From: Candidatus Saccharimonadota bacterium
Lineage (GTDB): Bacteria; Patescibacteriota; Saccharimonadia; Saccharimonadales; Saccharimonadaceae
DNA: 32,000 nt
NCBI RefSeq assembly: GCF_025273655.1
Contig: NZ_CP045921.1
Location: 660,001 to 692,000, forward strand
Reading direction: 5' to 3'
The translations under genes and the position numbers were made by a program. Of the stretch, positions 9,578-17,131 are shown piece after piece (the stretch's first letter is position 1; the number at the start of each line of letters is the position of its first letter). Below the pieces are notes generated by a model. That model searched no databases. It saw only the letters and a list, made by a program, of their open reading frames with translations, and was not told the DNA's origin.

Positions 9578-10576
9578 CTATCCCTCCCGATGGTACTGTG
9601 GTGTCGTGTTGATGAATGCCTGGATCACTGTCTGCATCTTCTCTCCGGTCATGCCGAAGTAGTCGAGCAGTTCGTTTGGTGCGCCGCTCTCACCGAAGCG
9701 ATCATACATACCGATACGCTTCAGTGGTGTTGGCATCTTCTCGCTCAGTAGCTCAGCTACTGCGCCACCAAATCCCGCAGCCACCTGCGCTTCTTCGGCG
9801 GTGACGACGCGGCCTGTTTTACGTGCGCTAGCGAGAATCGTGTCTTCGTCGAGTGGTTTGACGGTAGGCACGTGCACAACTTCAGCCGAGACACCGTGCT
9901 GTTCTAGCAGGTGTGCGGCTTTGAGTAGCTGATAGGTCATGGTACCCGTGCCAAGCAGCGATACGTCGTGGCCTTCGCGTAGCACGTAAGCCTTGCCGAG
10001 TTCAAATGGCGATTCGTCAGTACTGAAAATTGGCGTCTTCTCGCGCGCGAGGCGGATATAGCTCGGCTTACCGTTTTCGGCGACTACTTGCGTCGCTTTC
10101 TCGGCTTCCACGCTATCGCCCGGCACCACCACCACCATATGTGGCAGTACACGCATGAGTGCAATATCTTCGAGCATCTGGTGTGTCGCGCCGTCCGGAC
10201 CGACACTCACACCAGCGTGTGAGCCGACGATCTTGACAGGCTGCTCGTTGAGCGCCGCTGTAGTGCGTATCTGCTCCCAGTTGCGACCTGGACTAAACGC
10301 CGCATAGCTACTGGTAAACGGAATCTTGCCCGCACGAGCCAAGCCACTCGCGACCGTCACGAGGTTTTGCTCAGCCACACCGATCTCCACGAAGCGGTCT
10401 GGAAACGCCTCACGAAAATGATGCATCTGCGTACTCTCCGTCAGATCTGCGCACAGCGCCACTACACGCTCATTGGCTTCGCCCGCCTTCTTGAGTCCGC
10501 GACCAAATCCCGCACGTGTCGGCTCCTGCGCCACATCGTCGGCAAACAAATTATCTCGTAGTGGATAGTGTGACAT
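9578..10576 (-). CDS. tkt: Transketolase, C-terminal (pyrimidine-binding plus C-terminal domain) subunit
   Basis: 332 aa. Carries FPDRF.E.GVAEQN and GPDGATHQ..EDIA motifs. It directly follows the N-terminal subunit gene, so the transketolase is split. Confidence 0.9.
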   Translation of the reverse strand: MSHYPLRDNLFADDVAQEPTRAGFGRGLKKAGEANERVVALCADLTESTQMHHFREAFPDRFVEIGVAEQNLVTVASGLARAGKIPFTSSYAAFSPGRNWEQIRTTAALNEQPVKIVGSHAGVSVGPDGATHQMLEDIALMRVLPHMVVVVPGDSVEAEKATQVVAENGKPSYIRLAREKTPIFSTDESPFELGKAYVLREGHDVSLLGTGTMTYQLLKAAHLLEQHGVSAEVVHVPTVKPLDEDTILASARKTGRVVTAEEAQVAAGFGGAVAELLSEKMPTPLKRIGMYDRFGESGAPNELLDYFGMTGEKMQTVIQAFINTTPQYHREG

Positions 10577-10577
10577 G

Positions 10578-11435
10578 TTATTCTCCTGCCTTTATCTTGC
10601 CGTCGAGCGTACGGAGTTTTTTGAGCGCTTCTTTGGCTTGTTCATGATTTGGTGGTGCACCGTGCCAGTGGTAATCATACTCCATGAAGTCAACGCCCTT
10701 ACCCGGAATAGTATGGGCGATAATTACACTTGGTTTGTTAGTGATAGCGCGCGCCATACTTGCCGCGTCGATGATGCTTTCAATGTTGTGCCCGTCGATT
10801 TCCTGCACGTGCCAGCCGAAACTTTCCCATTTGCCACGGAGATCCTCAAGCGGCATCACATCCTCGGTACTGCCATCGATCTGGATGTTGTTACGATCCA
10901 CGAAGCCGATCAGCTGACTAAGCTTATACTTGCCAGCAAACATCGCCGCCTCCCAGATATTACCCTCGTTGAGCTCGCCGTCGCCCATGATAGTGTACAC
11001 GAAACGATGCGGCTGCTTGTCCATATACTGCAATGCATACGCCACGCCAGACGCCTGCGACAAACCACTACCGAGTGGACCGGACGTATTCTCGAGACCC
11101 GGCAGCTTAGTCCGCTCTGGGTGCCCTTGCAAGCGAGAACCAAGTTTGCGCAGTGTCTTCAGCTCCGCTTTGTTGAAATACCCGGCCTCAGCCATAGCCG
11201 CATATTGCACCGGCACCGTATGACCATTACTGAGGAAGAAATAGTCACGCTCCTCCCAATCGGGGTGCTTCGGGTCTATATTCATGATATCGAAATACAG
11301 TGCTGTCACGATATCGGCCATGCCAAGCGGACCCGCGCTATGCCCACTACCCGCTGCCTCGAGCATAGAGATAATATCTTTACGAATTGTATTTGCTTTG
11401 GCATCGAGTTGCGCCAATGTGTAATGTTGCGTCAC
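10578..11435 (-). CDS. tkt: Transketolase, N-terminal (TPP-binding) subunit
   Basis: 285 aa. Carries SGH.G..L...D....LY, GHP, and GDGE..EG..WEA TPP-binding motifs. Confidence 0.9.
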   Translation of the reverse strand: MTQHYTLAQLDAKANTIRKDIISMLEAAGSGHSAGPLGMADIVTALYFDIMNIDPKHPDWEERDYFFLSNGHTVPVQYAAMAEAGYFNKAELKTLRKLGSRLQGHPERTKLPGLENTSGPLGSGLSQASGVAYALQYMDKQPHRFVYTIMGDGELNEGNIWEAAMFAGKYKLSQLIGFVDRNNIQIDGSTEDVMPLEDLRGKWESFGWHVQEIDGHNIESIIDAASMARAITNKPSVIIAHTIPGKGVDFMEYDYHWHGAPPNHEQAKEALKKLRTLDGKIKAGE

Positions 11436-12083
11436 TTAGAGCACTCCTTGTTTGTTGATTTCATCGACAAGCTGCTGATACATGGTCGCAGGATCAGTGG
11501 CCATCTGGATAGCACTCCCGACATTTAGCACGTTCACACCGCCCTGTGTCAAAGTATAGGCATTATCGACATTCACACCCCCGTCCCAGCCAATCTCCGC
11601 CTCGGGATTAATCTGTTTAATCAGACGAACTTTCTCCAGCTGCATGAGGTTTGCCGTGCCGCCATATTTACCTAGATCGCCAGTAAAAACCATAACATGC
11701 TCTGCCTGCTGAATAATCTGCTCTACTGAAGCGGGAACTGTTGATCTCAACACAGCGACACCAGCCTTTATATTGTACTGTTTAAGAGTAGCGAGTACCG
11801 AAGGTAGCTGTTCTGGATCGGCCTCGGCATGAAAGATGACCATACTGGGCTTAAGCTGCACGAGCGTTTGTAGATGTTCAGCAGGCCGCGCGACCATAGC
11901 ATGCACATCCACTTCCCAGCCTTCTGGCCACCAAATCTCATTTGATGCAATCGTAAATGAAGGTGCAAACTCACCGTCACTTATGTCGACATGAATACGC
12001 TGCGCAAATGGCTGTATTTTGTCAATGATCTGCTTATACTGTTCGGCATTTTCTGCTAGTACTGCCGGCGCAATCACACTCAT
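11436..12083 (-). CDS. rpe: Ribulose-phosphate 3-epimerase family protein
   Basis: IAPAVL.....Y, then HVDISDGEFAP.F, then the later HAE, GWDGG and GSAI blocks fit the Rpe TIM barrel. Start placed at ATG 12083, with GAGGTG 7 nt upstream, rather than the track start 12098. Confidence 0.8.
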   Translation of the reverse strand: MSVIAPAVLAENAEQYKQIIDKIQPFAQRIHVDISDGEFAPSFTIASNEIWWPEGWEVDVHAMVARPAEHLQTLVQLKPSMVIFHAEADPEQLPSVLATLKQYNIKAGVAVLRSTVPASVEQIIQQAEHVMVFTGDLGKYGGTANLMQLEKVRLIKQINPEAEIGWDGGVNVDNAYTLTQGGVNVLNVGSAIQMATDPATMYQQLVDEINKQGVL

Positions 12084-12087
12084 ATCT

Positions 12088-12540
12088 CTACACCTCATCT
12101 ATCTGCGCATTGCGCCGTTTATATCTAGGGGCTGCTGCAAACGGTGTATCCAGCCATGTATCAATAATCGCCTTCCACTCTGGTTCTTCCTTCTCAAGTA
12201 CACGTGACGGCAAACATAGCACGTTGCTGTCGTTGTCGTTGCGGGTCATTTTGGCCTCGTAGTCATCCCAGATCACACTTGCACGAATACCTCGAAAACG
12301 ATTCGCTGCCATAGCCATACCTTGGCCGCCGCCACAGAGCAAGATAGCGCGCGGATCGTTGGCGTCGTCTTCTCCCAGCACCTTTAGTGCTGCTAACTGG
12401 GCAAACTGTGGAAAATCGTCTTCCGGATCGAGCTCTTTGTCTCCGACATCTTCGACATCGTAGCCACGCTTGGCAAGATACGCAAATACTTTTTCTTTCA
12501 TGGCGAAGCCATTATGATCAGAGCCCAGGAAAATCTTCAT
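12088..12540 (-). CDS. rpiB: Ribose-5-phosphate isomerase B (RpiB/LacAB family)
   Basis: MKIFLGSDHNGF..K......L...GY.V.D.G ... LLCGGGQGMAMAANR..GIRA is the RpiB signature. Start placed at ATG 12540, 6 nt after a TATACT box, not the track start 12579. Confidence 0.87.
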   Translation of the reverse strand: MKIFLGSDHNGFAMKEKVFAYLAKRGYDVEDVGDKELDPEDDFPQFAQLAALKVLGEDDANDPRAILLCGGGQGMAMAANRFRGIRASVIWDDYEAKMTRNDNDSNVLCLPSRVLEKEEPEWKAIIDTWLDTPFAAAPRYKRRNAQIDEV

Positions 12541-12546
12541 GTCATA

Positions 12547-12575
12547 AGTATAAGCATAATCACTTCTCAAGGCAA
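12547..12575 (-). promoter_or_regulatory. Promoter TTGCCT-17-TATACT of the rpiB-rpe-tkt-fba block (leaderless rpiB)
   Basis: The minus strand reads TTGCCTtgagaagtgattatgctTATACTtatgacATG. Confidence 0.5.
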
Positions 12576-12666
12576 GCAACCCGAAATCCGTGAGATGCTA
12601 TACCAGTAGGCTCTCAAACTATACTTCCGCGTTTTTGTTTGATAAACATACCATTGACGCTCCTCG

Positions 12667-12695
12667 TTGACGACCTGGGCTCACCATCTTATACT
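12667..12695 (+). promoter_or_regulatory. Orphan near-consensus sigma-70 promoter TTGACG-17-TATACT
   Basis: TTGACG at 12667-12672, a 17-nt spacer, then TATACT at 12690-12695. It points into a 400-nt region with no annotated long gene. A second TTGACG lies at 12654-12659. Confidence 0.5.
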
Positions 12696-12725
12696 ACTGA
12701 TACGCCCACTCGAAAGGACAGTAAC

Positions 12726-12848
12726 GTGCAAAAACTAGTCGCCAGACTGATCAAGTGGCTTGAAAAGTCGACCGATCACACGCGCACACCCCCGCGTAGG
12801 CGGATTCGGAACTGCGATTACCATCGAACCCCTACTTGCGACTGCTGA
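12726..12848 (+). CDS. Candidate small protein (40 aa), amphipathic N-terminus plus C-terminal CxxH-x4-CxC
   Basis: GTG 12726 is preceded by GAAAGGA 7 nt upstream and about 24 nt downstream of the predicted TSS. It encodes VQKLVARLIKWLEKSTDHTRTPPRRRIRNCDYHRTPTCDC. This is the in-frame 3' part of track ORF 12639-12848, whose 5' part lies upstream of the promoter. Confidence 0.3.
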   Translation: MQKLVARLIKWLEKSTDHTRTPPRRRIRNCDYHRTPTCDC

Positions 12849-12864
12849 AACTCCCCGGCGAACC

Positions 12865-12900
12865 CCACCTGCGCAGGCTCATTCGAACTTGCGTAGGTGG
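12865..12900 (+). other. Strong hairpin: 11-bp stem with one G-U that pairs only on the + strand, 14-nt loop
   Basis: CCACCTGCGCA (12865-12875) pairs with TGCGTAGGTGG (12890-12900). The loop-plus-stem core gcgcaggctcattcgaacttgcg resembles gcgtaggcggattcggaactgcg at 12794-12816 (17 of 23 by my count). Confidence 0.45.
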
Positions 12901-12912
12901 ATCACCCTAGCT

Positions 12913-12948
12913 AAATCTTATAAAATACACCCGCGAAGTTGCGGGTGT
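12913..12948 (-). terminator. Rho-independent terminator of gap (possibly bidirectional)
   Basis: ACACCCGC-gaagtt-GCGGGTGT (12927-12948) is followed on the minus strand by ATTTTATAAGATTT. On the + strand the 3' flank is T-poor. Confidence 0.65.
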
Positions 12949-12980
12949 ATTGATAGGATAATGTGCGTATAATATGCGTC

Positions 12981-13997
12981 CTATTTTTCGATAGCTTTCG
13001 CCACATCAGCAACTAGCTCTACCAAGCGGTTGCTATAACCCCATTCGTTATCGTACCAGACAGCGATTTTGATCAGATTGCCACCGACTACCTTGGTAAG
13101 AAGTAGGTCGACAGTACCAGAGTGGCTGTTACCGATATAATCGCGGCTTACCAGTGGCTCTTCGCTCACCGCCAAGATACCCTGGTAGTATGGCTCAGCA
13201 GCAGCTTTTTTGAACACGGCATTGATCTCGTCTACAGTCACATCGCGGCTCAGTAGTGCCGTAACATCACTGATCGATACAACTGGTGTTGGTACACGGA
13301 TAGACAGACCATCGAACTTGCCTTCTAGTTGCGGCAGTGTTTTCGTCACGGCGATTGCAGCACCAGTTGTCGTTGGTACGATATTTTCGGCGCCGTTGCG
13401 ACCTTCACGCAAGTCTTTCTTTGGTGCATCCTGAATCGCTTGACTAGCCGTATAACTATGCACGGTCGTGAGAAGTGATTTCTCTACACCAAACTCCGCG
13501 TCCAGTACCGCCATCACCGCCGCCAGGCTGTTTGTAGTACAGCTCGCGTTGCTAATCACCTCGGTCGAGTGAGGAATCTTGTCATCATTTGCACCGAGTA
13601 CGATCGTATCGACGCCGTCGGATTTGGTAGGACCACTAATCACGACGCGCTTGGCACCAGCTTGCACGTGCTTGCTTGCGCCTTCTTTGTCGGTGAAGAA
13701 ACCAGTTGATTCGATGACGAGTTCTACACCAAGTGTACCCCATGGCAAAGCCGCTGGATCGCGTTCTGCTAGCACTTTGACATGCGTACCGTCCACGATA
13801 ATACCACTGTCGTCGTACCCTACTTCGTGATGATACGTGCCATAATTGCTATCATTTTTGAGCAAATACGCCAATGTTTTCGTATCCGTCAGATCGTTGA
13901 TTGCGACGATTTCAAGATCTTTGCGCTCAAACGCAATCTTAAACGCGTTACGTCCAATACGTCCGAAGCCATTGATGGCTATTTTGGTTTGACTCAT
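12981..13997 (-). CDS. gap: Glyceraldehyde-3-phosphate dehydrogenase
   Basis: 338 aa. INGFGRIGR N-terminus, active-site SNASCTTN and WYDNEWGYS near the C-terminus. Confidence 0.96.
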   Translation of the reverse strand: MSQTKIAINGFGRIGRNAFKIAFERKDLEIVAINDLTDTKTLAYLLKNDSNYGTYHHEVGYDDSGIIVDGTHVKVLAERDPAALPWGTLGVELVIESTGFFTDKEGASKHVQAGAKRVVISGPTKSDGVDTIVLGANDDKIPHSTEVISNASCTTNSLAAVMAVLDAEFGVEKSLLTTVHSYTASQAIQDAPKKDLREGRNGAENIVPTTTGAAIAVTKTLPQLEGKFDGLSIRVPTPVVSISDVTALLSRDVTVDEINAVFKKAAAEPYYQGILAVSEEPLVSRDYIGNSHSGTVDLLLTKVVGGNLIKIAVWYDNEWGYSNRLVELVADVAKAIEK

Positions 13998-14089
13998 GTC
14001 TGTATATGCCCCCTCTTATATAAGCATTAGTACTTCTGGCTGTATTATATGTCACTCTCTAGTGTCTATGCAACCATTTCCTCCACTAG

Positions 14090-14098
14090 TGTTATACT
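14090..14098 (+). promoter_or_regulatory. Extended -10 TGtTATACT, 9 nt before the rel ATG
   Basis: Read directly: agTGtTATACTagaagtatcATG. No SD. Confidence 0.5.
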
Positions 14099-14107
14099 AG
14101 AAGTATC

Positions 14108-15649
14108 ATGAAGAAGCGTGAAGTTCTCGAATATGCCGCTCATTTCTACGACGATGAGCAGATGCTTGAGCTGGAACACGCTATCGACTATGCAACCACT
14201 TGCCATGCCGGACAAAAACGTAAAAGTGGCGAACCCTATATCACTCACCCTCTCGCCGTCGCTTATAATCTCATCGACTGGGGCATGGACATCGACACGG
14301 TACTCGCCGGCGTACTGCACGACACTGTCGAAGATACAGACGCAACGCTCGAAGTAGTCGAAACTATGTTTGGGCGCGACGTGGCATTTCTAGTTGACGG
14401 CGTCACCAAGGTATCCCAGGCACGTGCAGGCATGCGCGATCTTGGCAGCTATTTACCGCAGACGCGCGACAATCTTTCCAAACTCCTCATCGCAGTCGGC
14501 CAAGACGTGCGCGTCATCATCATCAAACTCGCCGATCGCCTGCACAATATGTCGACACTGCAGCATATGCCCGTAGACAAGCAGCAGAAGATCGGCCGCG
14601 AAACTATAGAGGTCTTCGCCCCCATGGCAGACCGCCTGGGTATGGGCCGCGTGCGTATGGAGATGGAAGAGTTGGCATTTAGCTACCTCGATCCACACGA
14701 GTTCAAGCATCTTCAGGGACTCATGCGCAAGCGCCTCGGACGCAGTACGCGCAAACTCGGTCTCGTCCGCACCGAGGTAGAGCACCGTTTGGCTCAGGAT
14801 AAATTCGAGTTCGAGATCAACGGACGTGTCAAAAGCATCTATAGCCTGCACAAAAAGCTCAAGAAAGTTGACGGCAATATCGACGATATCTACGATCTCA
14901 TGGCGCTGCGTGTCATCGTCCAATCGAAAGAAGACTGCTACCGCGTCCTCGGTATCTTGCACGGTATGTACCAGCCCATGATCGCCCGCATCAAAGATTA
15001 CATCGCGGTGCCAAAACCAAACGGCTACCAAAGCCTCCACACTACCGTGATCACACCGAGCAAACAAATCGTCGAGTTTCAGATTCGCACACACGAAATG
15101 CACGAATACGCCGAACGCGGACTTGCCGCCAGTTTCCACTACCACGAGCAGAAATCAACCAAAGACTATACCAAGAAAAAGCGTGGCAATGGCGGCCTCC
15201 CAGCCGAACTGCAATGGATTACGCAGATGCAAGAAGTAGCTGCGCGCCTGCGCGACGGCGAAGACATTAGCGAAGACCAGCTAGCGATCGACCTATTCGG
15301 TAACCGCATCTTCGTCTACTCGCCAAAAGGAGACATTTACAATCTACCCGAAGGCGCCTACCCGCTCGATTTTGCCTACCTAGTGCATAGTGACATTGGT
15401 AAACATGCCTATAGCTTCAAGGTCAACGGCAATATCCACGCGTTCGACAAGCCGCTAGGCAACGGCGACGTCGTAGAGGTCGTCACACGCAAACTGCCAC
15501 AGGCAAAAAAAGCTTGGCTCGATCTCGTCATGACCACCCATGCCAAAAGCAAACTCCGCATGCAGCTCAAACAGCTCGGCTTGATCGAAGGTATCTCGCA
15601 CGCCGCCGCTATCATCCGCGACAAAGCCTCCCGCAAAAGCACGAAGTAA
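14108..15649 (+). CDS. rel: Bifunctional (p)ppGpp synthetase/hydrolase, short form (HD + synthetase + TGS only)
   Basis: 513 aa. HD hydrolase motifs (ITHPLAVA, HDTVEDT). Synthetase motifs (GRVKSIYSLHKKL, YDLMALRVIV, NGYQSLHTTV, EFQIRTHEMH). A TGS-like segment (IFVYSPKGDIYNLPEGAYPLDFAY..H..IG). The protein ends about 40 aa later. Confidence 0.9.
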   Translation: MKKREVLEYAAHFYDDEQMLELEHAIDYATTCHAGQKRKSGEPYITHPLAVAYNLIDWGMDIDTVLAGVLHDTVEDTDATLEVVETMFGRDVAFLVDGVTKVSQARAGMRDLGSYLPQTRDNLSKLLIAVGQDVRVIIIKLADRLHNMSTLQHMPVDKQQKIGRETIEVFAPMADRLGMGRVRMEMEELAFSYLDPHEFKHLQGLMRKRLGRSTRKLGLVRTEVEHRLAQDKFEFEINGRVKSIYSLHKKLKKVDGNIDDIYDLMALRVIVQSKEDCYRVLGILHGMYQPMIARIKDYIAVPKPNGYQSLHTTVITPSKQIVEFQIRTHEMHEYAERGLAASFHYHEQKSTKDYTKKKRGNGGLPAELQWITQMQEVAARLRDGEDISEDQLAIDLFGNRIFVYSPKGDIYNLPEGAYPLDFAYLVHSDIGKHAYSFKVNGNIHAFDKPLGNGDVVEVVTRKLPQAKKAWLDLVMTTHAKSKLRMQLKQLGLIEGISHAAAIIRDKASRKSTK

Positions 15650-15693
15650 CAATGTGACTTGTGTCATTGAATAGCATACATGGTGTTGCATAG

Positions 15694-15722
15694 TTGATTA
15701 TATAACAATTATGTGATATAAT
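15694..15722 (+). promoter_or_regulatory. Promoter TTGATT-17-TATAAT (with TGa extension), 6 nt before ATG 15729 (leaderless)
   Basis: TTGATT at 15694-15699 and TGaTATAAT at 15714-15722, then ataatt, then ATG. Confidence 0.55.
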
Positions 15723-15728
15723 ATAATT

Positions 15729-16121
15729 ATGACGAACCTCGAATCGCGGGTCTCTATCTCACTTCCAAATCGCCTGGCCGACACAGAGCTCTATGATATC
15801 ACTAGCGCTCATGGCAGTATTGCTGCAATTTACAGATCAACTGGTGGATTTTATCAGATTGCAGATTTTGAAGTCCATGCGGATTCACGAGGCCTAGGGC
15901 ACGGCAAAGAATTGCTCCATAGTGCAGCACTTCATGCCAGAGAGCTGGGCGCGCGTACTGTATATGCCGCCATCATCTCACGAGAATGCTATGAGGTGAT
16001 GAAGCGCGAATTTGGCGAAGAATCGCTAGAAGTATTGGAGATGGGCGACCCTACCCCTGACGGTCAAGACCAAAACAAAGACTCGCCAACTGCAGCGTTT
16101 TTGTTTCATCATACGAAGTAG
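15729..16121 (+). CDS. Small GNAT-family N-acetyltransferase (130 aa)
   Basis: ADFEVHADSRGLGHGKELLHSAALHARELGARTVY fits the GNAT motif A (R/Q-x-x-G-x-G/A followed by a helix). The target is unknown. Confidence 0.65.
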   Translation: MTNLESRVSISLPNRLADTELYDITSAHGSIAAIYRSTGGFYQIADFEVHADSRGLGHGKELLHSAALHARELGARTVYAAIISRECYEVMKREFGEESLEVLEMGDPTPDGQDQNKDSPTAAFLFHHTK

Positions 16122-16124
16122 GTG

Positions 16125-16211
16125 GCCCGTAAACGCAGCCAGACTATTGGTTACGTGACAATTATGAACCTATCTCTTTCTTTATTTTTGTGGTATAAAT
16201 AGTTTACGGGC
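16125..16211. repeat. 10-bp perfect inverted repeat GCCCGTAAAC / GTTTACGGGC bracketing promoter copy 1
   Basis: 16125-16134 and 16202-16211 are exact reverse complements. The right arm overlaps the start of the conserved leader. Confidence 0.7.
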
Positions 16212-16224
16212 AGCAATCGCTGTC
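16191..16224 (+). promoter_or_regulatory. Promoter/leader copy 1: TGgTATAAA, 8 nt, then GGGCAGCAATCGCTGTC
   Basis: Same architecture and an identical 15-mer as at 17132-17165. The inverted repeat is GGCAGC-aatc-GCTGTC. Confidence 0.6.
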
Positions 16225-16256
16225 TCGTTCCATTTTGCACACGGAAGAGGTGTCGT

Positions 16257-16637
16257 ATGACATCGCCCCGCAAACAACGGCCGAGCAAATACTACTTGGT
16301 GTCGTATCCAGATCCCGCCGCACGCACGCTTCGTATGAAAATTCGGAACGATGTGATGACGGCCGCAGAAGCTGGCAACACTACCGAGCAGGGCAAGATC
16401 TGCGCACGCTACAAGCATCGGCTAGGGTTACGGATCTACATCGGCTGGACTCGGCTCCATGCCAATATGCGCATCGACCCGAATCAGTCGCCACCGCCTA
16501 AAAAGGCCGCAAGTACAAAGCCCGAGCACTACGGCTGCACGTGCGAACGTGACCCCGAGTGTGCCTCTTGCGATCAGGGTTGGCACAAGAGCTGTCACTA
16601 CGGCTGCAAGTACGGCCGGGTTGTACCTCGGTCTTAG
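16257..16637 (+). CDS. Cys-rich protein A (126 aa), unknown family
   Basis: SD GGAAGAGGTG lies 5 nt upstream of the ATG. The C-terminal array YGCTCERDPECASCDQGWHKSCHYGCKYG (16530-16616) is shared with the next ORF, with synonymous DNA differences. Confidence 0.65.
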   Translation: MTSPRKQRPSKYYLVSYPDPAARTLRMKIRNDVMTAAEAGNTTEQGKICARYKHRLGLRIYIGWTRLHANMRIDPNQSPPPKKAASTKPEHYGCTCERDPECASCDQGWHKSCHYGCKYGRVVPRS

Positions 16638-16694
16638 ACGCACCCTTCACCCGGTTGAAGTTTCTACTCGGGAACACCCAGAAGAAGGGCGCCC

Positions 16695-17066
16695 ATGAGA
16701 CCACTGCGCCGCAAGCGATGGCAGATGTTCAACATCTACTACCCTGGATGGATATGGTGTCGCGTTCGCCTCGACCCAGATGAGTTCGAAGCTGCCGACA
16801 CGAACGATGGCGACGACGAAGATGTCGCCAGAGCACGACGCCACATCGGACACATCTACAAAGGTGCGACCGGTATCGATCGAGGCGTTTCGCTCGTGTG
16901 GACGGACTTCGTCTTTCGCCAAGCGGGATCGATCGAGCCATCGTGGCCAGAGCTATATGGTTGCACTTGTACGAGCTTCTGCACACCTTGCGACGTCGGC
17001 TGGCATCTAGAATGCGAGTTCTGTCGCAAATACTACGGCACACCAATCAACTGGATCGAGCCGTAG
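16695..17066 (+). CDS. Cys-rich protein B (123 aa), paralogue of A
   Basis: The upstream sequence GAAGAAGGG is a plausible SD. The C-terminal array is YGCTCTSFCTPCDVGWHLECEFCRKYYG (16956-17039). Confidence 0.65.
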   Translation: MRPLRRKRWQMFNIYYPGWIWCRVRLDPDEFEAADTNDGDDEDVARARRHIGHIYKGATGIDRGVSLVWTDFVFRQAGSIEPSWPELYGCTCTSFCTPCDVGWHLECEFCRKYYGTPINWIEP

Positions 17067-17069
17067 CCC

Positions 17070-17120
17070 CGCCCCTACCCCGCCGTTTACCGAAAACGCC
17101 GAGGAGGGGCGTTTTCATTT
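17070..17120 (+). terminator. GC-rich hairpin plus T-tract after protein B
   Basis: CGCCCCT (17070-17076) or CGCC (17097-17100) can pair with AGGGGCG/GGCG (17105-17111). This is followed by TTTTCATTT. Confidence 0.5.
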
Positions 17121-17131
17121 ATATAATTTTA

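Noticed and set aside
10575-11528. Very long antisense ORFs opposite well-supported genes. These are the 317-aa ORF opposite tkt-N, 5261-5980 opposite uvrB, 8697-9422 opposite fba, 14453-15145 opposite rel, 23337-23903 opposite trxB/FKBP, and 3397-4009 opposite the 845-aa gene.
   Set aside because: Each lies fully inside a gene with clear family motifs on the other strand. Their translations are low-complexity or Cys/Arg/His-rich with no motifs, and none has a promoter or SD. They are typical shadow ORFs.
12700-12950. Possible tmRNA, RNase P RNA or SRP RNA. The cues were ttcgaa/attcgga T-loop-like strings, a GCA-initiated short frame, and CCACC near the end.
   Set aside because: There is no GGGG...UCCACCA acceptor pairing and no 5-bp/7-nt T-arm. 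There is no GGAAAGUCC / ACAGAAxCCGGCUUA P4 strand pair and no GGAA-tetraloop SRP helix 8 motif. The region is also too short for tmRNA or RNase P. I keep it only as an unclassified candidate sRNA or small-protein locus.
12639-12972. The full-length track ORFs 12639-12848 (69 aa) and 12760-12972 (70 aa).
   Set aside because: The first starts upstream of the only credible promoter, and only its last 40 codons are preceded by an SD. The second has no SD and runs through the hairpin and the terminator.
14108-16121. Rel as a toxic small alarmone synthetase, or the GNAT as a tRNA-acetylating toxin of a TA pair.
   Set aside because: The Rel has an intact HD hydrolase domain plus TGS, so it is a long-RSH type and not a SAS. 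The GNAT has no adjacent RHH/DUF1778-type antitoxin ORF and has its own leaderless promoter.
16257-17066. Cys-rich proteins as RiPP precursors (leader plus Cys/Ser/Thr/Gly core).
   Set aside because: No cyclodehydratase, radical SAM, lanthionine synthetase, protease or dedicated exporter is nearby. The products are long (about 125 aa) and are paralogous over their whole length.
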